The position numbers and the translations under genes are program-made. The notes beneath the pieces were generated by a model. That model ran no database searches. It was given only the letters and a program-made list of their open reading frames with translations, and was not told where the DNA came from. From Octopus bimaculoides (Eukaryota), in assembly GCF_001194135.2 (NCBI RefSeq), contig NC_068983.1, positions 68,614,950 to 68,678,949 on the forward strand: a stretch of 64,000 nucleotides of DNA, written 5' to 3'. Of the stretch, positions 1-13,038 are shown one piece after another (positions within the stretch are counted from its first letter, which is position 1; every line of letters starts with the position of its first letter).

Positions 1-2073
1 AGAAGAAATACTACAGGCTCCATTACCTAGTGAAGAGGCCAATAACAGGGTTAGTCAGAACAGTAAATTCATGAACTGCTCACATTTACCACTAGATATA
101 ATTTTGACTTGTGATCTAGATATAAGGAAAGCTTAAGAATAAGGAAGGGCTACAAGAAGTTGTTAGCATTTTTGATGAAAAAAAGTTTCTCTGTATACAA
201 ATTTTATGTTTAATCTGTGTTCCAGACAAATGTAAGTTTTTTTTTTCCCCCAAAACTTATGGAACAATGAACAGCTTCATCCACTGATGATTTGTAGTTA
301 TCAAATACATCTTTTTTCTTTGTGTGAAAAACCAACTTTACAGGGTCAGTCTTGGTGCACTTAGGTACATGTTATTCAAATATCTGTTTGCATGCATGAC
401 TGACACACAAAATGTTGGAGGTGAGGTCAAAATATCAACTTCAAAAGCTGATGTCTTCAACTAGTTTTTGTTTAAAACAATTTTAAAATATTATATTTTC
501 TTTATTTTTTGTTATATTTTTTAATGGCAAAAATAATACAATCTAACAAATTCTTGCACTGCACTAGATAAAAGAGCTTATATATAAGGAATTTATTTGA
601 CTGAACTGACCACTATACAAACGATAACCTAACCACTGCAGATGGTTTGTCAAAGAACAGGCTATTTGACTCCATAGTTACGGTTTTGATGAAAGCTGGA
701 AACTCTCATCTTTATAGAATGGAATAGTTAAGTAGACAACAAACAAGAGAGGGCTAAATGGATAGAGGTTCTTACTGATTAACCAACCAAGTGATTGGTA
801 GTTCATATCCTGTCACTGGTGTTGTGCTGTGTCTATTGTGAAAACAATTTTTTTACAATGAACTGGTTCACTAAGCTGTACAGTTATGTCACAGGCCAAA
901 ATAATTTATTGTTGTGCTGAATTCACTTCCAACTGTACAAAAAAGTTGTCTATGATAAATAACCAAATGAATATTCATTTTTCCTCATCTTTTTAATACC
1001 TTGGAAACTGGAGATAAATACCAACTTACTAGACAAGAGACATAAATATTAACTCAGTGGACAGGGGAATCTTTAAAAGGAAGTAATAAATAATTATATC
1101 AAATAGTTTCCCTGACCTCAAGTATATTATAACATGACGTCACAATGATACTAACAGGATTTGAACTCAGAAATATTCAACATAATATCTGAAACAGGCA
1201 TTCTAAAATAATTAGTCAGATCTTTTAACCTCAACACCAGTCACTGCATATTTCACACAGATCCAAGTGAGGACTATTTGGACAATTATACTGAAGTGAA
1301 TGGAAAATTTCTCTTCAGTTTTGTGTATAATCATATTTAACACCAAATGATACTCTGATTACCAGAATGAAATGATTGGGTGAAGCCTTTTGGACACTGG
1401 AAATTTGGCATGAATAATTGGACAAAGAACCTGTTTTGGTGACAGTATTTTTTTGGCACTGGAGGTAAACACATATATGTACATGCACAAATATACAGAT
1501 ATGGAGAGAGAAACATTACAAGTTATTAATTGAACACAAATGACATAAACTTGCCCTTTCTTCATATACATAGAGAAATTTGCTCACACACATAGGCAAG
1601 AGGGAAAGAATAAGAGAAACCTTAAAACTTCTGATGTTAAATCAGCAACACCAAATAGGCAGTGCCAAAATATTTCATACATTCTGATTACAAAATGAAT
1701 GTTTGATAGTAGTATTTAGTTTTATTACTCTATGATCTGAGCTGAAATTTTACTAGGATCAATCTGCTTTGCTTTGGGCCCTCAACTCTTTTATGGAGTC
1801 TTGCAGATGCCATTATGACCTTTGGCATGTCTTGGGTATTAAAGGTTAATTTACATCATGCCAGCTACAATAATAAAATGGAATTGGAAAAGGTTTATTT
1901 AGTTGGCCAGTTATCTATTTCACCTATATGAAAGAGAAGGCCTCTAAATGGTCATTCAGCCTGTTAGAAATAACAACCAAACTATGAAGACAGTTGATAA
2001 TGTAGTCCTAAATACGCTATGCCTTAAAGCCGGAATGGTCATAGCTAGAATGAATGCATTTTATCATACATAG

Positions 2074-2491
2074 GCCAGAGCAGCTGTCTGGCTTCCATGC
2101 TAGTGGCACGTAAATAGCACCATTAGAGCGTAATCGTTACCAGCGTTGCCTTCTAGCACTTGTGCTGGTGGCACGTTAGAAAACCATTCCAGCAAGGTCG
2201 TTGCCAGTGCCATTGGACTGGCTCCCGTGCAGGTGGCATGTTGTAAAAAACACCTGTTTGAGCATGGCTGTTGCCGGTACCGCTTGACTGGTCCTCATGC
2301 CGGTGACACGTAAAAGCACCCACTAGACTCTTGGAGTAGTTGGCGTTAGGAAGGGCATCCAGCTGTATAAATTCTACCAGATCAGATTGGAGCCTGGTGC
2401 AGCCTTCTGGCTTGCCAGTCCTCAGTTAAATCGTTCAACCCATGCTAGCATGGAAAGCGGATGTTAAACGATGATGATGATGACGACGATG
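2074..2491 (+). mobile_element. Copy of RTE LINE 3' UTR (truncated retroposon)
   Basis: Matches by eye the UTR following the RTE ORF at 9780-10165 (gccagagcagctgtctggc...ggcgttaggaagggcatccagctg...ccatgctagcatggaaagcggatgttaaac) and ends in a (GAT)n tail. Confidence 0.8.
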
Positions 2492-2579
2492 AGGGCTGAT
2501 TTGTCAGGACTGATATAGGGTCAGACAATATCAGCTTCATAATCAGAATTATGGCAAGAAAATTTCATGTATTATGATT

Positions 2580-3660
2580 ACCTTCCACTCTCCAATCCTG
2601 TTCTCTTGGCCCTGTGCCACTGTATTAATGCACTCTGCTTTCCCCCAACCTGTGCGTTCTATCCACATGCCCTGTCTCACTCTATTTTTGCTATCTGCTA
2701 GCCTCCAACTTGGGTGTTCCAACCACATGTAACAAGAAAATTTTTTCTCTCACCTTACCCCAACAAACCAATCTACATCTCTTGCTCACATTTCCTCCTT
2801 CATACACTATGCCTATCCTGTCCTCACACTCCCCAATCCTGTCCTCACACCCCTGTTCCTCTCTATCATTGCTATCTGGTAGCCTCTCCAACTCTATATA
2901 TACCCAGGTTTTTCACCACTTAGTCGCACTCTTTAATCACTCCCTTCACAATATCCTGCCACTTATATTATGGCACTGAACCTCAAGGGATGCCCTGGCA
3001 CTTGCCACCATCTATATCTCTCTTCCTTTACTCAAACATCTCATTTATATTCTGATCCCCATTCCTTGTGAGTATGCCTGGCATTTTGCCACCATCTCTA
3101 TGCTGCTGTCTCCTACTCTCTCTCCTTCTCCTGCACTTCCCTCAGGTTGGGCAACTGTGTATTTTCTTTGTGGTAGCACACCTGTTTCTGTCTTCATTCC
3201 TGATCTTTCTCTCCTTAGCCAGGTAACCTTGTACTTCCTCTACAGCAAGACACCTGTCTCTCTCTCTCTCTCACTATAACCTTTTCATCATTATCTCCTC
3301 CAATGCATCCTCCCCTCTTAAAAGTTTTCTTTTGTCTTGCAAGTACTTGGTGACCCTGCCCATGCAGGTGCCACTTAAAAGCACCCAGTCCACACTGTAA
3401 AGTGGTTGTTGATCATAAGGGCATCCAGCTGTAAAGACCTTACCAAAACTGACCTCACCTGTGCTTGTGCCACATAAAAAGCACTAAGTCCACTCTGCTG
3501 GGTGCTTGGTGTTAGGAAGGGCATCCAGCTGTAAAAATCCTGCCAAAACAGTCACAGAAGTCTTGTGCAGGCTTTGCCCTGGCTGGCTCTTGTGGAAGCG
3601 TCCCACCTATGCTAGCATGGAAGATGGACATTAAATGATGGTGATGATGATGATGATGAT
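2580..3660 (+). repeat. Old LINE-derived CT-rich 3' region ending in an RTE-like terminus and (GAT)n
   Basis: Ends with aagggcatccagctgtaaaa...atgctagcatggaagatggacattaaatgatg and (gat)n. A similar CT-rich-to-tail layout occurs at about 37480-37985 (+) and 15640-16190 (-). Family not assigned. Confidence 0.5.
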
Positions 3661-3689
3661 ATGCCAAAAACCAGAAGTGAAGTCTTTGA

Positions 3690-3907
3690 CCCTTTAGCAT
3701 TTAAACCAGTCATATTAGGCCTAAATATTCTTCCTGTTTTCTGTTCAAACTGGGAAGATCTGGCCTTTCACACTTAACCTACAATGTCATTCTAAAAATA
3801 TACAACCACATCATTAAAAACACAAAGCTACAAGATAATGCATGAGTAATTGAAAACAGTGAATAAATAAGCATTATATTTGAGAGAGTACTCTGAATGC
3901 TGAAGAG
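3690..3907. mobile_element. piggyBac-type MITE (diverged)
   Basis: Ends CCCTTTAGCATT / AATGCTGAAGAG form an imperfect inverted repeat with flanks ttga/ttag (degenerate TTAA). The interior resembles the reverse complement of 59036-59228. Confidence 0.6.
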
Positions 3908-6900
3908 TTAGAATAATGGGCAATTAACTAGCATGGTGTATTTTGTTGATCTTTTTCCCATTTTACTCTTTTTTTTTTTTTTTCTTATAAGGCAACTTTT
4001 GTAAAAATTTAATTATTTATTTTAAAATTGTTTTTCATCTTTATATATTCTAATGTTAATTATAAATATTTCTATATCTGCTCAGAAATACAGAGTAGTA
4101 TAGAGTAAAAGTCAGCAATAGGATAAGAGTTGTAAAAATGAAAATTTAAAAAAAAAATTTCACTTAAAAAAAAAAAAACCTACACAATTTTTGTTTTTCT
4201 CGTCCATGGGAATTTCTCTCAGACAACATTGGCAGTCCTTGAAATGTCACAATAAAAATTAGATTCCAAAATTAAATCTTTCACTTAGGTCATGGGCAAA
4301 TAAACAAACATACGAAAACAAAAATGTAAACAGAGAGAGAGAGAGAGAGAGACAGCAGGTTTAAACTGGTTTCCTTCAATTCTGCTGTTTGGTGACAGGT
4401 AATGTGAAAATTATTGTTAAGTGAATGCTTTGTTGTGTGAAAGCTGCTACTACATTGAGCAAGTTGGAAGTAACTACATACAAAACTTTTTACCAAATTT
4501 TTTTTTTATAGAATGACTGTGAGTTAGTGCATTGGTAAATTGAAGTATAATATATCTATTGTATAACGTGCAGTGAATTGGCATGTGGGTTACAGTAAAG
4601 TTGTGCATAGTGACCTGATGTCTGACATAATGAAGTTGTAGATGGTGAACCAGTGTGTAAGATATAGGTATGTTGTATATGGTGAACTGGTATGTGACAT
4701 ACAGAGAAGGTGTTTATAATGAACTGATGTGTGACATATAATAGTGTATGATAAACTGGTATGTAGTAATTTGATATATTGTAAACTGAAATGTAGTGAG
4801 TTGATTAAAGTTTAACCACTGGTGAATATTAATAATCAAAGGTACTGCTTATTGAGAATGGCTTGGTAGTATGTACTGTGTTTTAGGTGCTTTCTCAGAC
4901 CTCTCACTCTTGACCTAGCAGACTCTCCAGGATGTGGTAGTTGGAGGAAGAGAGGACTGCATCATTTCAAGGGAGAAAATTGGAGCAATATGAAATTAAG
5001 TGCCTTGCTTAAGGGAACACGATTTGTGGTCCACGGATTGAGCCTATAACTTTATGATCACGAACTCAACATACAGAAAAAAAAAGTACTCAGAACAACC
5101 ATGTTATTGTTTAATCTTAGATCAGATATTATTCAGTTGACTTAGAATCAAAAACATTCCAGCCTTGACTATCTGGTCATTTTTTTTTTTAAGAATATCG
5201 TAACTTGGATTACATTATTTAATGCGTCCTTTCTCTTTCAAGATAGTGAGGTGCTATTTGAGAGAAATTTGGCTGCTATTTCTCACAGGTTAAACAATCA
5301 CAGAGATTGCTTTATTGACTTGCCTAATACAATGTTGTTGTTTAGCCCCAGGTCAGTGCAGATCAAGTAGTCTTACAATGAAGGTATTCCAACTGTGATT
5401 ATCCCAACTTTATTCAAGCAAAGCTATTTAGACAATATCATAAAATCTGTCCTTCCATTTTTTTAATAAGGGCGTAATTTAGTGGAGATTTAGTTGCAAT
5501 TTCTAACAAGTCAATCAAACATGTAAAGATTCTCTCGTTAGTTTGTTTACAATGGCATTGGGATGAATCAGTATGCAGTGTACAGTAATTGCATCTGGAG
5601 ATCTAAGTTTGGTTTGGTTTGGTTTTCTTTTTTATATTTTGCTAAATGAGTTTGTCGCAGGAGGAATGGCAATGCTCACAACCTTTCTTTTAGTCTCCAA
5701 GACTAGCAGGCAGAAGTTTACCCAGACAAGAGACCAAGTCCGACCACTTACAACAGAATGGTCTCGCTAAAAGCACCCGAAGGCAACAGGTTAACTCTAC
5801 CATCCCCAAAACAAGAATGACCCTTCCAATAGGCTTCCACACAGTTTCCATCAATCAAATTTCTCTCACAAGGCTTTGGCTTGCCTGAGGCCCCAGCTGA
5901 AGACACTTAACCAAGGCACTATCGAACATGACTGAACAAGAAACCATGCAGTTGTGAAGATTGGCCAAAAGTTTCAAAACTTCATTGATTATGATGATGA
6001 TGATGGTATCAGGTATTTCTTTAGAGAAGGCCGTATTATAGGGCTGTATTGCAGGGTCAACTTTATTGTCATACTCTTACTTACGCAAGGTCAAATTTGA
6101 TAGAGAAGTTTACAGTCTGTAAAGTCAAATAACAAAATTTTACACCTTTGAAGATGACAAGGTATGGGAGCCTCTATGTGGTTACTCAGCTTGCTAGAAA
6201 CAGCAACCAATTCTTGCTCAAATTACATCCTACCATCTTGAAAAATGGGACATATCTTTAACACCCAAGATAAAAATGTAATGGTCATGGCTGAAATGTC
6301 TTTGATCATAAGGTTTGCTCAGTCTGAACTGACCTATAGCCTCTATGTGATCATTCAACCTGCTATAAATCACACACCACACCCAGCTATCTTAAATAAA
6401 GAAGGATACACTCAGCAAAATGTAGTCCCTGATATACAAAAAGACCGGATGACCATGGCTGGAATGTCCTCCATTATACGACAGCTTGAGCAGGGCTGAC
6501 CTAGAACTAAAAACAACATTTCTTTCTAAAAATACCACAGCATATAGTGAGTTTTTGAATGTTATGTTATGTTTGCAAACACTAAATCTTTTCTCTTTAA
6601 TAAAGATTCGTTAGTATTTCATTTCTTTAGAGTAATTGAATGACAGACTTAAGTGTTTAGTGACTTTTTTAATTATGTCCTAAGCACAAGTCCCATCAAG
6701 ATTGAGAAAATAAGTTCACTTATATACTTGGGTTGATTCAAATCACTATATCACTTCCTTAAAAACTTTTGGCTCTTGCACCTGTACTTCACAGCAGAAG
6801 TGTTAAGGGCTCTCTCTGGTGAAGAGGATTGACCTGCAAGAGTCCTGTGCCAATGCGACACAAAAAGCACTTGTGCCAGTGCCACATGAAAATACTCATG

Positions 6901-7668
6901 CAGTACCACATTAAAAGCACCCAGCTCACACTGCAAAGTGGTTGGCATTAGCAAGGGTATCCTGCTGTAGAAACCATGCCAAATCAGACTGGAGCCTGGT
7001 GTGCAGCTCTCTGGCTTGCCAGCTATGGTCAAACCCTCCAACCCATGCCAGCATGGAAAATGAACATTAAATAGTAATGATGATAACTCACTATTTTCTC
7101 TCTTGAAGGTGGCAAGTGGGCAGAATCAGCATTTCTTCCACCTCATTACATTCCAAGTTCAAATTCTGCTGAGGCCAGCTTTCCTTTTCATCCTTTCAGA
7201 GTCAATTAAATAAAGTACCAGTCAAGTATTGGGGTTGATGTAATCAACTTACCCCTCCCCTCAAAGTTGCATACCTTGCACCAAAATTAGAAAGCAATAT
7301 TTTCTTTCTTGCATAATTTTTGTCTGAAATTAAGTTGAAACAGGTATTGCATTACAGCAAAGTCATGCATACCATTCATAAACACACTATTATTGTTTAT
7401 TTGTTTTGTTTGTTGCACATGATACATTCATAATCTAGTGAATGATACACACACTCTCTCTCTCTCTCTCTCTCTCTGGGTTTCAATTCTATACTGCAAT
7501 ACAATGGCACAAATACCACAGTATACTGGTATGCTGCAAGGAATGTCTAGGTATACTGTGGATTCCTAAAATTAAGGCTTTAGAAAATGCATAGAAATGT
7601 TTAAGTCTTAGAAACTGTAGTGCGTGGGAAATGAAAAGGTTCACCTACCTTCCTCTCTCGTCTGCACC

Positions 7669-8890
7669 TGTCTAGTAGTTGTCACTCTGGCGATCCTATC
7701 CTACCCTGTCACCCAGTAACAAGCAGCTCCTATCTCCAACCTGAGAGCCAATTCCCACATATCCATTTGCAATGCCTTGGCTGGTCAAAAGAGTATAACC
7801 TTCTCCTGTCCCCACTTCTGTTTCATGCTTCCTCTTCCAGTCAGTCCCTTGACCATTGACATCATGGCCCTCTTCTTCTGGCTCATCCCCACACGCCCCC
7901 CTGATCTCAAAGATCACCTCCTCACTTCACTCCGTGTCGAAATCTACCACCTGCCCAGATGGGTACCTTGCATGTTGTGACCTTTTTAAACTGGGAACCT
8001 CGTTCTCTTCCTCTTCTCCACAATCATCATCCAACAAAGCAACAATCCTACGAACATCCAAGACATGACGCAGCATTCCATCCACAGAGATGTTATTTTT
8101 GGAATTGACAACCACCACTATTCCTCTGTACCACTATGTTGTGCAGCATGCCTTTTGGTGGCTTGATCCAGACTTCATTTCCCATCTCCACGAAATCGGG
8201 CCCTCTCTCTTCTATAGGGCATCTCAATGGTTTATTCAGACACTGCCATTCATATTTGAATATCACTCTATTTGGCACAGACTCTTCGGCCTGTCCCAAT
8301 CGGGGTGACATGTTGTACCAGAACACCGCTTCCATCGAGAGATACATCCCCTGCCAGTAGTGTGTTATATCCACTGCTAATTGTCTCCATGCACACCCGG
8401 AGCGGGGTAGATGGACTGACACCTGTCGCAGTTCCTGACCACCTTCTGGATGCTCTGTCTGTAACATCAGCGTTAATCCCCCTGGTGAGATACAGGGTCC
8501 TACCCACACTCGTATATGATGCATGGCATGCAGTCTCCTTAGCTCAGAGTCATTTAACTGCCTTGTTTCTCTCTGAAGGCACAAAGATCACATTCAGCTT
8601 TAGGCCGAACTCACCAATCAGCTCCCCTAGAATCCCAAGGTGGTGCTTCACTAGCATTTCCGCAGCCCCTTTGATTTGCACCTTCTTCTTGTTGGTGATC
8701 ACTGATCCTACCCAGCCAAGCACAGTAGCTGAATCCATCCTGATTTCGATGGGGCACAGCCCCCATTTCAGGGCCAAATTCACTCCCTTCAGCACTGCGT
8801 CCAACTCGGTGACATTGATGTAGTTGTAGTCGTCTGCTTTTTGAAGCCAGGTGGTAGCCTCCACTTTGGTACCTCCACTCTCCAGCATGA
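7669..8890 (-). mobile_element. Ty3/Gypsy-like LTR retrotransposon remnant: RNase H, integrase, putative PPT and 3' LTR start
   Basis: ORF 8888-8550 has RNase H motifs (NVTELDAVLKG...IRMDSATVLGWV...VPSERNKA). Frameshifted integrase pieces follow (RQLAVDITHY; VFWYNMSPR; GNEVWIKPP; SKNNISVDGMLRHVLDVRR). A purine run (gagatcagggggg) precedes TGTGGGG at 7893. Confidence 0.8.
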
Positions 8891-9009
8891 TGCTTCCATT
8901 ATCTAAGTGACCAGGTTAGTAGTGGGGGGAGGGTGCTCTGAAAGTGTAGCTGCTAAAATAAGAATAGCCTGAGCAAAGTTCAGAGAGATCTTACCTCTCT
9001 GCTGGTGAC

Positions 9010-10165
9010 AAAGGGCCTCTCACTCAGTGTAAGAGGTAGACTGTATGACGCATGTGTATGAACAGCCATGCTACATGGCAGTGAAACATGGGCTGTGACT
9101 GCTGAGGACATGCGTAAGATTGCAAGGAATGAAGCCAGTTTGCTCCGATGGATGTGTAATGTCAGTGTGCATACTCAACAGAGTGTAAGTACCTTGAGAG
9201 AAAAGTTGAACCTAAGAAGCATCAGTTGTGGTGTGCAAGAGAGATGATTGCGCTGGTATGGTCATGTGGCGAGAATGGATGATGATAGCTGTGTGAAAAA
9301 GTGCCACACCCTAGCAGTTGAGGGAACCTGTGGAAGTAGAAGACCTGGGATGAGGTGATGAAGCACGACCTTCAAACATTAGGCCTCACTGAGGCAATGA
9401 CTTGTGTCTGAGACCTTTGGAAATATGCTGTGCATAAGAAGACACGGCAAGCCAAGTGAGACCATAATCCGAAGCCTCTGCCAGGGGTGTAGCCAACCCA
9501 CTTATGCGTACCTTTCCTTCATTGGACACTAAACTCCGCTTNNNNNNNNNNCCACTTATGCGTACCTTTCCTTCATTGGACACTAAACTCCGCTTGCGAA
9601 GGCCTGTTGAGGCAAGTGAAATCGAAATCGAACCAAATTCAACGACTGACACCCATGCCAACCTCTCCTTCATTGGACACTAAACTCAGCTCGCGAAGAC
9701 CTGTTGGGGCAAGTGAAATCGAAATCGTGATGGCACCTGTACCACTGGAGCACTAAGAGCACTGTCCGAGCTTGATCATTGCCAGAGCAGCTGTCTGGCT
9801 TCTGTGCCAGTGGCACGTAAATAGCACCATTTGAGCATGATCGTTACCAGCATCGCCTTCCTGGCACGTGAAAAGGCATTCGAGCGAGATCGTTGCCAGT
9901 GCCCCTGGACTGGCTCTTGTGCGGGTGGCACATAAAATACACCATTTTGAGCGTGGCTATTGCCAGTACCGCCTGACTGACTTTCGTGCCGGTGGCACGT
10001 AATAGCACCCACTACACTCTCGGAGTGGTTGGCGTTAGGAAGGGCATCCAGCTGAAGAAACTCTGCCAAATCAGATTGGAGCCTGGTGTAGCCATCTGGT
10101 TCGCCAGTCCTCAGTCAAATCGTCCAACCCATGCTAGCATGGAAGCAGACGTTAAATGATGATGA
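9010..10165 (+). mobile_element. RTE-clade LINE, 5'-truncated (RT C-terminal region plus full 3' UTR)
   Basis: Hand translation with stops: RGRLYDACV*TAMLHGSETWAVTAEDMRKIARNEASLLRWMCNV...LRWYGHVARMDDDSCVKK...KTWDEVMKHDL, typical of RTE C-termini. About 680 bp of UTR follows, ending in (GAT)n. Confidence 0.9.
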
Positions 10166-11726
10166 TATATATATATATATATATATATACACATGTTTAT
10201 ATATATATATGCATTTATATATATATATATGTGCGCGTGTATGTGTGTGTGTGTGCGCGCATGTATATATGTGTGTGTATGTATATATATGTGTGTGTGT
10301 GTCTGTGTTTGTACCCCCATTAACGCTTGACAGCCAATGTTGCTGTGTTTATGTACCCGTAACTTAGCCGTTTGGCAAAACACACCGATAGAATAAGTAC
10401 TAGACTTACAAAGAATAAATTCTGGGATCGATTTCTTTCACTAAAATTGGTGCTCCAGCATAGCCGTAGTCACACTGAACAAGTAAAACAATAAAAAAAA
10501 CTATGACATTTTAACACCATGCAACACCAGATATCTCTGCTAGTGTAATATGAATGTGAAATGTTTTGGTGTATGACTTTTGGCCCACCTATACATACAT
10601 GCATACATATATATACACACACACACACACACACTAAGCTACAGTAGAAGGCTATAGTAGTAGATGCTTGCCCAAGGTGCCATGCAGTAGGACTGAGCTT
10701 GCAACCATGTGGTTATGAAGCAAACTTCTCAACCACACAGCCACACATGCACCTATATAGTATATATAAATTACCATTAGGTCCCCTAAACCTGTAAGGC
10801 AACTACTCAGTGTGCTCATACCTTAAAATGGCAAGGTGTATGTATCAGTGGTCAGGTTGCAGGTGTACAATGAAAAATCAATACTAGCTGCCAAAAGAGA
10901 AACTGATTAATGACTCAATTAAATAATGTGTATCAAGCTTTGAACTTTTTGGCATGCTGTGAGGCAAAGCAGAGACTAACATTCCAAGCAGAGCACCTTA
11001 TTAGAAGAGAAATATCTCTATATCACTCTGCCACACAGCAATATGCCTCACTTTTGTTTAACCCAAATTCAATTTAGGATGTCACAGACATTAAATAAGC
11101 TACCAATTTTAGTGATTTTTAATTATAGCGCTTACTATCGATTTACTCTATTACTCATGTCTGTGCTATAAAAATTCATGCAAGGTTTCAGCTGTCAAGA
11201 TGGTCACGGTTGGAATGCCTTTGATCATAGGTCTGCTTCACATGGGGTGAAACACAATAATATTCATACAAAAATTACACCATTTTCTCTGTCGAGGTAT
11301 AGTAATGCTTGAAATTTTAGTTTCTTCTTTATCTCGTCATACATCTTCAGGTTCACTCTAATTTAATTCTTACAAACACAAACCATCACCAGATCATATA
11401 TTCTATTGACTGTTCTTTTACTATATGTTTAACATTCATGCAACTGTTTATTATGTAAATGATTTCTCTGCATATTAACATAAAATAAGATAAACTTATA
11501 GGTTGGCCATATCCTGTGATGAACTTATAATTACATATCCTCTACTTCTAAATTTTTCTCTACTTTTTCCTTTCTTTTTTATATGACTTAGTCTGAGAAA
11601 GAAGGGTAGCTTCCAAATCTCTTTCAGGGCCTTGAGACTGGTGTGAGAAAGAGAACAAGTTATCCTTAGACTGGTGACATAGCTCAACTGCTCACAATGG
11701 AGTATACTCCATTAATGCTACCCAAG

Positions 11727-11962
11727 CGACGAGGTGGCAGAATCGTTAGGACACCGGGTGAAATGCTTAGCTGTATTTCGTCTGCTGTTATGATCTTGAG
11801 TTCAAATTCCGCCGAGGTCGACTTTGCCTTTCATCCTTTCGGGGTTGATTAAATAAGTATCAGTTACACACTGGGGTCGATGTAATCGATTTAATCCCTT
11901 TGGCTGTCCTTGTTTGTCCCCTCTATGTTTAGCCCCCAGTGGGCAATAAAGAAATTTTTTAA
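11727..11962 (+). mobile_element. tRNA-derived SINE, family B in this report
   Basis: Head gaggtggcagaatcgttag, B-box-like gagttcaaattcc, body gtcgactttgcctttcatcctttcgggg. Perfect 13-bp target duplication aatgctacccaag at 11714-11726 and 11963-11975. Confidence 0.9.
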
Positions 11963-13038
11963 AATGCTACCCAAGGGTCAAGAAGGTGTTAGACAGGGAG
12001 ATGGATTAAGTCCTATGAACAAAAAATATCCCTACAACAAGCTTCTAACCATTTTCAATCCACCAAATTTTAATCTTAAGACTTTCAAGTTGCTGTGTAA
12101 TATGATTGAACTTGAAACCGTGCAGTAACTAACTGAACTTCTTAATCACATGGTCTTGGCTGTGCTCAGTTTATTGTCAGATATTTATGTCACTTACTTG
12201 AACATTAATGGGTAATCAGTCTCAGTGACTTCTTATAGAAACCAATGGCTACTAGCTCCTCTTCTAGTTGCACCCCAATATTGCAAACTACCAAATTACA
12301 GGTCAAATTTACAATATCTACAATGGTCAGTTGATCCTAACCTATTGAACCTATTTTCAGCTTGAGAATTTATGAGTGAAATTTCTTGGTTGGTGCAGGG
12401 AATAGGAACTACAAACTTCTCAGTTGCCTGTCTTATTAACTCAGACACCTGTTGTTCATGTAACAAGTTGTTGTTTATGTACTACTTGTCAGTGGCTTAC
12501 TAGATATGAGAGTTGGAATGCTACCTAAATAAATGTTTATGAGTCTAATCTCAGCTTGAGAAATAGCAGAAATGAATGAAACTCTTAAAAAAGAAAAAAA
12601 AAACCCCTGAGAAAAACTGAAGTTAACAATCTGAGAAACTTTCTGCTGTCTCTTATAATTTAAGTACTAAACAATGAGCCATTGAAATATCTCCCTTATG
12701 TCTGGCCTTTGTTTCTATAAATAGTGATTTTCTACTTTGGTGAAAGACAAAATATTGGAAAGAAATATAGGTAATGAATCAATTCCAACATATTACAAGT
12801 ACCTACTTTATCAATCTTTGTATTTATTTGGTTTAGTATACCTAGTGATAAATACAATAATATATGTATGCAGTTTGTTTCTCCACCTTATGCTTTTAAC
12901 TTATAAATGTTGAAATTACATTTGTGGGATCTGAACCGAGAAACTGGACGGACAAGGCTAAATATTGAAAACCATTTTGTGCTGTGTTCTTATGTTTCTG
13001 TCACATTGCTCCTCTCTTGTAAGCAATAATTATATCTT

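Noticed and set aside
8272-8823. 183-aa plus-strand ORF
   Set aside because: Antisense shadow of the Gypsy RNase H/integrase remnant.
9497-9600. Direct duplication either side of the 10-N gap (also 38850-38940)
   Set aside because: Identical sequence flanking a fixed 10-N gap is the signature of unmerged contig overlap, an assembly artefact.
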